Origin: Promethearchaeum syntrophicum
GTDB lineage: Archaea; Asgardarchaeota; Lokiarchaeia; Sigyniarchaeales; Promethearchaeaceae
Length of the DNA: 32,000 nt
Assembly: GCF_008000775.2 (NCBI RefSeq)
Contig: NZ_CP042905.2
Span: forward strand, 2,220,001-2,252,000
Reading direction: 5' to 3'
The notes below the pieces were generated by a model. The model was not told the DNA's origin, did no database searches, and saw nothing but the letters and a program-made list of their open reading frames with translations. Within the stretch, counting starts at the first letter, position 1. Each line of letters starts with the position of its first letter. Position numbers and translations under genes: made by a program. Shown piece by piece: positions 25,246-32,000 of the stretch.

Positions 25246-26537
25246 TCTTCATCTACTTCTTTTTCGTCATCTTTATTTTTCGAAGATTTCAGGAAACTAA
25301 ACCTTTTTTTAACCCTGCTTCCCCACGCAGACATTTTATCACCAATAATTTTCACACCTTGCTTAAAATCATAGTTGTTGGTTGCTAATTGTCTATATCT
25401 TTCAGAAGTTAGAAATGTTATAAAGGAAACCAGAAAAATCATCATTGAAATAAATGCAAATATTCTATGACTGGCAAGGGGTATGCCAATATCTACTGTG
25501 AAAGAGCTGATTTCATCAACAAGGGGCAACGAAGGATCTATTAAAACCGAAAGTAGGAGTAGTGAATAACCTAATGCAGCCCCAATTGTTAAAAGGATTA
25601 GTGAGAGATCTCCAAAAATCTGTTTACCTAACGCAGATATAATTAATCGCTTTTGGAAAAATATTTTTCTGCCATCCTTTTTCTTTTCAAATTGTGATGT
25701 TTCAATTCCTTCAACTTTGCTCACTTTACTTTGAATATAGTAAAGAGCTGTAAAAATTAATATAATAATTTCTGTGAAAGCATTTGTAACAGTCTCTGAA
25801 GGAGATATTGAAGCAGAAAGTTGATAAGTTATATAAAAATTAAAACATCCCATAATGCTGATGAAATTTGTTGTGGTATTATTAAGATCTACAGTCCATC
25901 CATAAATTAAAATGATTAATGCTACTATAATTCCCATTGCACCAAGAACTATTGCATTAATTGATTGAAGATTTTTAACTATAATTACTATTGAAATTCC
26001 AATGGTTCCAAGGGCAACCAGCCGAATAAAACCACCTAAGAATATTCGATCATCTGATTTTCCCGCTAAAACAATTTTTCCTGGAATTCCTGTGAAGAAG
26101 TAAAATATGATAAAGAACAGTGAAACAGACGATATAATGATCCAAGAAACTAAGAAGGCAAATTCCAAAACTTGAAACACAACTAAATCTGGATCAGGAT
26201 TAAAGACAAACACTATTATAATACTAAGGATGATTCCAATGAAAACGAAAATCGTCTGAAAAATATAATTTTTCCATACTGCTGAGATTAAACCAAACAC
26301 AACTATGCTCCCTGCGATCAAGAAACCTAATAAAAGAAAATCATTCACCAGATCTAATGTCATCCATGCAACTTCTTGATAATATAGAAATATGGATACA
26401 ATATTTAATCCCAAAACAGAGAATAGCACAATGCTGAAGGGTAAATACATTTTTTCAAAAAGTAGTTTAAATCCATTCAAAAAAGTATCAATAAAAAAGG
26501 ATTTTAACGCTCGTTCTATATAGCTAGCTTTGGACAT
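25242..26537 (-). CDS. Polytopic integral membrane protein (about 10-11 TM), unknown function, acidic C-terminal tail
   Basis: Long ORF with ATG at 26535-26537. Hydrophobic helices run continuously. The C-terminal tail is KSSKNKDDEKEVDED. I recognise no family motif. Confidence 0.7.
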   Translation of the reverse strand: MSKASYIERALKSFFIDTFLNGFKLLFEKMYLPFSIVLFSVLGLNIVSIFLYYQEVAWMTLDLVNDFLLLGFLIAGSIVVFGLISAVWKNYIFQTIFVFIGIILSIIIVFVFNPDPDLVVFQVLEFAFLVSWIIISSVSLFFIIFYFFTGIPGKIVLAGKSDDRIFLGGFIRLVALGTIGISIVIIVKNLQSINAIVLGAMGIIVALIILIYGWTVDLNNTTTNFISIMGCFNFYITYQLSASISPSETVTNAFTEIIILIFTALYYIQSKVSKVEGIETSQFEKKKDGRKIFFQKRLIISALGKQIFGDLSLILLTIGAALGYSLLLLSVLIDPSLPLVDEISSFTVDIGIPLASHRIFAFISMMIFLVSFITFLTSERYRQLATNNYDFKQGVKIIGDKMSAWGSRVKKRFSFLKSSKNKDDEKEVDED

Positions 26538-26750
26538 ATTCTTAATAGAGATAATATTCTTTAAAAAATTTTAGCGCAAAGTATTATCAAACAAAAATTT
26601 TCAATCTGCAGATAAAGCATTTTGGCTGAATAAATTTCAAATCGTAAAGAAAAAAACGAATGTATTATTTTTAGATGAAATAATTTATATAGAATGAATA
26701 ATGTGCGGTATTTTCGGTTACTTTTCTGATAATACTTAGGTTTAATTGTC

Positions 26751-26775
26751 ATAGAATGATTTGAATTCTATAAAA
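26751..26775 (+). promoter_or_regulatory. TATA-like box at leaderless distance, overlapped by a 7-bp-arm inverted repeat, upstream of the hybrid histidine kinase
   Basis: The arms atagaat (26751-26757) and attctat (26765-26771) flank a 7-nt spacer. tataaaa lies at 26769-26775, with its centre ~26 nt upstream of ATG 26798. Confidence 0.35.
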
Positions 26776-26797
26776 TTATTCGAAGGTCTAAATATTT

Positions 26798-29035
26798 ATG
26801 GATTTTGAAATAGATAAGAAAGAAAAAAAAAAAATCCGTTTTCAACGAGTTTTTGATCGTTTACCAATACCAATAGCAATTTCTGATCAAAACGATCAAA
26901 ATTTGTATGTAAATCCAAAATTTACCGAGATATTAGGTTATACTGTTAATGATATTCCCAATACTGAATCCTGGATGAATTTAGCTTATCCTGATCCTAA
27001 ATACCAAGAAATTATAAAGGCAAAGCTTCCCGAAATAACATCAGCCATAACTCAACCGAGAATAAATGAAATCAAATGCAAAGATGGGCAAGTTATTAGC
27101 CTACTACTTCAAGATATTTCAATAGATGATAATGAATTTATCACTATTCTTGAAGATGTTACTGAAAAGCTCAAAACTGAAGAATTATTAATAAAAAGCC
27201 AACAAAGATTTCGTAAAATTGTAGAATATTTTCCGTATCCAATTGTTGTTACCACGCCAAGGAACGATGTAGTTTACGTAAACCCAGCATTTACAAAATC
27301 ATTAGGATTTACAATTGAAGATATTCCCAATGCAAAAACGTGGTACTTAAAGGCTTACCCCAACCCAGAATATAGGAATTCTATCATAGAAGAGTCTCAA
27401 GTACCAAATCATCCTAAAACCACTCCTATTGAACGCCATATTACTTGTAAGAATGGTGATTTCAAAGATCTTATACTCAAAAACATCACTATCGGTGATG
27501 AAGATATTACAATATTTCAGGATATTTCTGCTCAGCGGAAAGCTGAAATTAAATTTCAAGAAATTATAGAAAATTCTAGAGATATGATACTTTTACTTAA
27601 TGAAAAAGGGATCATTCAGATGATAAATCCGGCTGTAACAGCAATCATGGGTTATTCTGAAGATGATATAATTAATCATTCCCCCTTAGAATTTGTATTA
27701 CCTGAGTTTCAAAGTTTGATTTTGTCCTTAGCTCCTGATGGAAAAAAAAAAATACAAGAAACCACTTTACAGGAAATTGATGCGAAAAAATTAAATGGTG
27801 AAATCGTAACATTAGAATTTTTTACCAGAAATATCATTCGTAATGGGAAATTTATTGGGATGTTATCTATTTGTAGAGATATTAGCAATCGAAAAAAAAT
27901 TAATGAAGCACAATTCCAACAACAGAAAATTGAGTCCATTGGATTACTCGCTGGAGGGTTAGCCCATGATTTTAATAATATTCTTGTTTCAATAATCGGT
28001 AATATAAATTTATTCCAAATGGATGAAGATACATTGACAACAGAGCAGCAAGATATGTTAATGGATTTAGAGAAAGCTGCAATGAGAGCCCGTGATTTAA
28101 CAAATCAATTGCTCACATTCTCAAAAGGGGGAACACCTATAAAAAAACCAGAATCTATCGAGCAAGTTATAAGAGATTCTGCAAATTTTATATTGCGTGG
28201 ATCAAAAAGCAAATGTACATTTTATTTTGAATCAAATTTACCCCCCGTTGAAATTGATGTAGGCCAAATCAATCAAGTTTTAAATAATCTTCTTATAAAT
28301 GCAAGTCAAGCTATGCCTCATGGCGGTATTATTGACATAAGCGTTTTTCGTGAAAAAATTGATAATAAATCTTCAATACCATTAATACCAGGATGTTATA
28401 TCAAATTAATTATAGAAGACAAGGGGGTAGGAATTCCTAAATCAATACAGCATAAGATTTTTGAGCCATATTTTACTACAAAATCAGCAGGTACAGGACT
28501 AGGATTATCCACAAGTTACTCTATATTAAAAAAACATAAAGGTCTTATTACATTTAGTTCTAAACCAGGGGAAGGAACTATATTTTATATTTATCTTCCC
28601 ACAACACAGAAAAATGTGCTGATAAAACCTGATCCAAAAAAGGAAATTTGTCTTTCTCGATGCCGAGTTTTTGTTTTGGATGATGATAAAAATATCCACA
28701 AATTCCTTATACGCGCTTTTTCTCATTTAGGTTTAGAAATGGTGTCTTGCTATAATGGGGACCATATACTTGAAGATTTTCAAGCTGCAGAAAAATCAGG
28801 AAAAAAAATTGATATTGTTTTTATGGATCTCACAATTCCCGGTGGAATAGGCGGAAAGGATGCAGTAAAAATTCTTAGAAAAAAATATCCTGATTTAAAG
28901 ATCATAGTATTTAGTGGATACTCAAATGATCCGGTTATTGCTAATTTTAAGGACTATGGATTTGATGATTTTCTTGAGAAACCCTTCTCAATTGAGCAAC
29001 TTAAAGCAATCTTAAGTAAATGGATTAAAAACTAA
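26798..29035 (+). CDS. Cytoplasmic hybrid sensor histidine kinase (3 x PAS, HisKA-like dimerisation/phosphoacceptor, HATPase_c, C-terminal receiver)
   Basis: There are two paralogous PAS units (PIPIAISDQNDQNLYVNPKFTEILGYTVNDIPNTESWMNLAYPDPKYQ and PYPIVVTTPRNDVVYVNPAFTKSLGFTIEDIPNAKTWYLKAYPNPEYR) and a third PAS. The H-box is GLLAGGLAHDFNNIL. The N/G boxes are NLLINASQAM, DKGVGIP and GTGLGLSTSYSILKKHKG. The receiver has VFVLDDD...DIVFMDLTIPG...FSGY...KPF. Confidence 0.9.
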   Translation: MDFEIDKKEKKKIRFQRVFDRLPIPIAISDQNDQNLYVNPKFTEILGYTVNDIPNTESWMNLAYPDPKYQEIIKAKLPEITSAITQPRINEIKCKDGQVISLLLQDISIDDNEFITILEDVTEKLKTEELLIKSQQRFRKIVEYFPYPIVVTTPRNDVVYVNPAFTKSLGFTIEDIPNAKTWYLKAYPNPEYRNSIIEESQVPNHPKTTPIERHITCKNGDFKDLILKNITIGDEDITIFQDISAQRKAEIKFQEIIENSRDMILLLNEKGIIQMINPAVTAIMGYSEDDIINHSPLEFVLPEFQSLILSLAPDGKKKIQETTLQEIDAKKLNGEIVTLEFFTRNIIRNGKFIGMLSICRDISNRKKINEAQFQQQKIESIGLLAGGLAHDFNNILVSIIGNINLFQMDEDTLTTEQQDMLMDLEKAAMRARDLTNQLLTFSKGGTPIKKPESIEQVIRDSANFILRGSKSKCTFYFESNLPPVEIDVGQINQVLNNLLINASQAMPHGGIIDISVFREKIDNKSSIPLIPGCYIKLIIEDKGVGIPKSIQHKIFEPYFTTKSAGTGLGLSTSYSILKKHKGLITFSSKPGEGTIFYIYLPTTQKNVLIKPDPKKEICLSRCRVFVLDDDKNIHKFLIRAFSHLGLEMVSCYNGDHILEDFQAAEKSGKKIDIVFMDLTIPGGIGGKDAVKILRKKYPDLKIIVFSGYSNDPVIANFKDYGFDDFLEKPFSIEQLKAILSKWIKN

Positions 29036-29171
29036 TCTAAATTTGAGATCATTATAGTTTTTCATCCTGTTAAATATTAAATTGAAAGTAGATAATACAC
29101 ATGTGTTCATTAGTTGACTGAATAAAATGAAAAAAAAATGAAAAAATCAGTATCTTATTGCATTCTGATAC

Positions 29172-29876
29172 TTAGGCACTTTCCAAATTATTCCTTTTCT
29201 TCATTAAGGGTTGGCTAAAGAAAATGATAAACGATAAGAGGAAGATGTAGGTAAGAACATTGAAAAAATATATTTGCGTTATATTTTCTATAATAGAAAA
29301 CAACAATATTCCAAGCGAAAGGATCAATGAGATCCTAAAAACTCTGAGTTTTTCACTAATCTCTGGATTTTTAACTTTAAGCTCCTTCATCGTATTTGTG
29401 AGAAGATAAATCATTCTACTGGTTGTTAGTAAGATATAAGCAGAAAATGCAACCCTTAAAATAAGACTCCATTCAGTAAATGTTGGATTTAAACTAATAT
29501 TTTGTATTGAAGCTGGATAAATGATTATTAAACAAACCAAAGTTGTGATAGTAGTTCCGACTCTCTTATATATTTTCAAATCTTTAGCATATGAACCTAA
29601 ACAAAAGATGCTTATTGCAATTAAAAACGATCCCATAGCTAAAACATTACCAATTAATGATACTCGAATGGAGATATTAACAACCAACTCATTAAATCCC
29701 AATTCATAGAAAAAACGTCCAAATGGATATAAGGAATATAAAATGAGTGCTAAGCTTAAATATAAATTTCCTTTATATTCTTTATTTCGTCTGTATATCA
29801 AAAATGAGAGTGCTAAGGATATAATACCAGTTAGTAATTGAATAGACAAAATCGAATATAATTGCCATGGTTCCAT
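29172..29876 (-). CDS. Stand-alone seven-TM membrane protein (resembles 7TM sensor modules of histidine kinases; no output domain)
   Basis: ATG at 29874-29876. Seven hydrophobic helices fit in 234 aa, with a short basic C-terminal tail. The similarity to HisKA_7TM/7TMR-type modules rests on topology only. Confidence 0.6.
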   Translation of the reverse strand: MEPWQLYSILSIQLLTGIISLALSFLIYRRNKEYKGNLYLSLALILYSLYPFGRFFYELGFNELVVNISIRVSLIGNVLAMGSFLIAISIFCLGSYAKDLKIYKRVGTTITTLVCLIIIYPASIQNISLNPTFTEWSLILRVAFSAYILLTTSRMIYLLTNTMKELKVKNPEISEKLRVFRISLILSLGILLFSIIENITQIYFFNVLTYIFLLSFIIFFSQPLMKKRNNLESA

Positions 29877-30083
29877 GGTAAATATTTCATTTCTTTTTTT
29901 TTAAGGTTTTCTATTTCCAAATATGTAATAGCTCAAACTGACTTCACAAATTCAAAAAAAACCAAATATTTTTGAAGTTTATTAAATATTGGAAAAAAAT
30001 TAGATATTAAACCCAAAAAAACCGTAAGATTTTCATGATTTTTATTTTTATTTTTAAAATTTAATTTGATATTGCTTTAACTC

Positions 30084-30560
30084 TTAAGATTTTATCCATT
30101 TGATAAAATTATGAATATATTCCTTAGCTTTTTCAAGTTCACTTTCAATAAATGGACCTTCAGTATCTTGCACACGTGCAGTTAAGAGTTGTGAATAGGG
30201 TTTCACGATTCTTTTTGATTTTTCTAATTTCTTCAAAAATCGTTTACTCCAACCTTGAATTTTGTTTGTTGCTAAACCATGAGTCAAGAAAAGCGTACCA
30301 TATTCTATATCTTTATTAGCATGCTCTAATTCTGCATTTAATTGCTTTAACCATTTCTTTGATTTCGGAGCTCCCATAAACATTCTAATCGCTCCTCCTA
30401 AAATAAGTACATCAGGTGTCTCATTTACCACCGTACTTGGAGAAATTTCTTTCACATCTCCGATCTTTATTTCCCATTCTCCGGAAAATTCATCTTTCAA
30501 TAATTCTGCTAAAATTTTCCCATTACCGAAATTTGTATCATATAAAATCCATAATTTCAT
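30084..30560 (-). CDS. Flavodoxin-like fold protein
   Basis: MKLWILYDTNFGNGKILAELL matches the xxIVYxSxxGNTxxxAE flavodoxin N-terminal loop. A second beta-alpha unit is DVLILGGAIRMF. Confidence 0.6.
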   Translation of the reverse strand: MKLWILYDTNFGNGKILAELLKDEFSGEWEIKIGDVKEISPSTVVNETPDVLILGGAIRMFMGAPKSKKWLKQLNAELEHANKDIEYGTLFLTHGLATNKIQGWSKRFLKKLEKSKRIVKPYSQLLTARVQDTEGPFIESELEKAKEYIHNFIKWIKS

Positions 30561-30612
30561 TTTATTAACACCTATTTATTTTTTGATTAGAGGATTTAAT
30601 AATTTTAAGGGG

Positions 30613-30642
30613 TGCCATTTGTTGTTAATAATGCTGCCATTT
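30613..30642. promoter_or_regulatory. Direct repeat tgccattt x2 spaced 22 bp apart in the divergent promoter region between the flavodoxin-like and dioxygenase genes
   Basis: tgccattt occurs at 30613-30620 and 30635-30642. These are the only GC-containing words in an otherwise A/T-only stretch. Confidence 0.25.
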
Positions 30643-30745
30643 AAAAAAAGAGTACAATTTTTTGGACAAATTATAAGAATTTATTACTAATATCTGATAG
30701 AATCCAAGGAATAATTTTATTTTAATAAAATTTTCATTACTTCAT

Positions 30746-31519
30746 GTGAAGAAATTAACCCCAGCGCTATTTATTAGTCATGGCTCTCCAATGAATATGG
30801 AGATGGACAACCCTTATACTCGAGATATGAAAAAATTAGGGTCAATTATTGAAAAACCTAAAGCCATTGTTGTGATTTCTGCTCATTGGATTACAAAAGA
30901 TTCATTGGTGACTGCTGATATAAGACCAAAAATGATTTATGATTTCTATGGCTTTCCAAAAGAATTATATGAATTTAAGTACGATGCTCCTGGTTCACCT
31001 GCCATAGCAGAAAAAATTGCACAAATTTTACCTTCTTCAGAGAGATCTTTATCATTTAACAGAGGATTGGATCACGCAAGTTATTCCGTCTTGAAGTATA
31101 TCTTTCCTAAAGCAGATATTCCTGTTCTTGAAATTAGTATTGATTATAATAAATCCTTTCGATTTCATTACGATTTAGGAAAAAAATTGGGGAAATTAAG
31201 GGAAGACGGAATATTATTCATAGGAAGCGGTAATATGATTCATAATTTCAAGTATATGAAACCAAAAATGGAGAGTCCCCCTTTTCCTTGGGCGATAGAA
31301 CTTGATGAAACTCTAAAAACTGCAATAGAAAATAAGGATCACGATAGTTTGATTAATTATAAAAAAATTCCATTGCATGATATGTTATTTGAAACCCATG
31401 ACCACTACTTACCTATGCTTTATATCTTAGGAATGCAACGGGATAATGAGAAAGCTAAATTTTTACATAGAAGCATCCAACATGGATCTGGGAACCAACT
31501 TTGCTTTCAAGTTGGTTAG
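30746..31519 (+). CDS. ygiD: Class III extradiol dioxygenase, 4,5-DOPA dioxygenase (LigB/YgiD) family
   Basis: FISHGSPMN, VVISAHW, RGLDHASYSVL and GSGNMIHNF match the YgiD/DODA family metal-binding and active-site blocks. The ~257-aa length fits. The start is GTG at 30746. Confidence 0.8.
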   Translation: MKKLTPALFISHGSPMNMEMDNPYTRDMKKLGSIIEKPKAIVVISAHWITKDSLVTADIRPKMIYDFYGFPKELYEFKYDAPGSPAIAEKIAQILPSSERSLSFNRGLDHASYSVLKYIFPKADIPVLEISIDYNKSFRFHYDLGKKLGKLREDGILFIGSGNMIHNFKYMKPKMESPPFPWAIELDETLKTAIENKDHDSLINYKKIPLHDMLFETHDHYLPMLYILGMQRDNEKAKFLHRSIQHGSGNQLCFQVG

Positions 31520-31535
31520 TAAAAATAATAGATTT

Positions 31536-31967
31536 TTAATGTATTGCTCCACATCCAGGACAAAATTTTCCTGAAGGAGTCACTTCAACTCCGCATTCAG
31601 AGCAAAATTTAAGGGGTTTTAAATGTGGAGTCTCCAATTTCTTTTGAATTGGTGAAACTGTGTTTTGCTGACGGTGCTTTTCTTGCGCTTTATGTTCTTC
31701 AATTTTTTCACGAATTTTGTTACTAATTTCTTGACTTTTTACTCTTAGTTGCTCACTCTTTATTTTGGCTTTCGCTTTCAGATCTTGAGATTTAGTTTTT
31801 ATCTTGAGTTTCATTCGATTTTTGTGAATTTTCATGCGTTCCCTGAAAGGAAGGTCAAAAAATTGCTCTTCAATTGAGGAAGCAGTTGTTTCAGTTTTCT
31901 TATCAGTTTCTTGAGAGGAATTTTCATATTTTCCATAAGATATTGTTTGATATTCATTATTTTCCAT
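31536..31967 (-). CDS. Lys-rich coiled-coil protein with a C-terminal zinc-ribbon
   Basis: The C-terminal FCSECGVEVTPSGKFCPGCG is a CxxC-x10-CxxC ribbon. The central KIHKNRMKLKIKTKSQDLKAKAKIKSEQLRVKSQEISNKIREKIEEHK segment is a charged helix. Confidence 0.6.
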   Translation of the reverse strand: MENNEYQTISYGKYENSSQETDKKTETTASSIEEQFFDLPFRERMKIHKNRMKLKIKTKSQDLKAKAKIKSEQLRVKSQEISNKIREKIEEHKAQEKHRQQNTVSPIQKKLETPHLKPLKFCSECGVEVTPSGKFCPGCGAIH

Positions 31968-32000
31968 ATTTTTTCACCGGATAGGATGATATTAGGTATT

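Noticed and set aside
26561-26752. 63-aa minus-strand ORF in the spacer upstream of the 431-aa membrane-protein gene
   Set aside because: Its K/I/F/Y/L-dominated composition is typical of random AT-rich translation, and it has no SD or TATA at a sensible distance. I cannot fully exclude a small protein, so I did not annotate it.
26823-27752. A12 (26823-26834) and A11 (27742-27752) homopolymer runs inside the hybrid kinase gene; considered as slipped-strand phase-variation switches
   Set aside because: Both simply encode KKK(K) in a Lys-rich, AT-rich genome, and the frame is intact. They are worth remembering only as sequencing-error or ribosome-sliding hotspots.
15576-29709. Remaining short alternative-frame or antisense ORFs (15576-15782, 22503-22688, 24026-24298, 27347-27939, 28526-28726, 29521-29709)
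   Set aside because: All are nested within longer ORFs that carry clear family motifs, and none shows motifs or start signals.
1-32000. Search for tRNA/rRNA, C/D-box sRNAs (RTGATGA...CTGA), CRISPR repeats, IS elements, integrases and terminal inverted repeats
   Set aside because: By eye there are no GC-rich cloverleaf-like islands, no T-loop GGTTCRANYC with flanking stems outside coding sequence, and no regularly spaced 25-40-nt repeats. No transposase/integrase-like ORF was found either. A tRNAscan/Infernal run would be the decisive check.

Overview
AT-rich window (about 30% GC by eye, not computed). It looks prokaryotic: the genes are intron-free, some have Shine-Dalgarno-like motifs, and others have a TATA-like box about 26 nt upstream of the ATG, which is leaderless geometry. 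The gene content suggests an archaeon, possibly Asgard/Lokiarchaeia-like: eukaryote-type 23-residue LRRs, a Kelch propeller, GH38 alpha-mannosidase, a TPR plus longin/roadblock-like protein, sequon-rich surface proteins and PAS histidine kinases. This placement is inference only. I support 24 protein-coding genes. Most are monocistronic with frequent strand switching, except one five-gene minus-strand cluster (15945-22882: GH38 mannosidase, P-loop kinase, flavodoxin, membrane-anchored alpha/beta hydrolase, EamA transporter). I found no rRNA, tRNA, CRISPR array, transposase/integrase or recognisable canonical defence gene. The best candidate for something undescribed is a divergent pair sharing a ~50-bp control region. 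One gene (12433-14499) encodes a tail-anchored protein with ~11 LRRs and an unrecognisable central domain. The other (14549-15919) is a single-ORF fusion of an SplB/COG1533-like radical-SAM domain with a Nudix hydrolase. Other points worth a second look: a TPR plus longin/roadblock-like protein; a zinc-ribbon membrane gene whose frame is interrupted by an in-frame TAA; 21-bp phased repeats at the promoter of a 750-aa winged-helix protein; and a ~63-nt tandem imperfect repeat with a hairpin in a 387-bp intergenic region. All family assignments come from motif recognition by eye; no searches were run.
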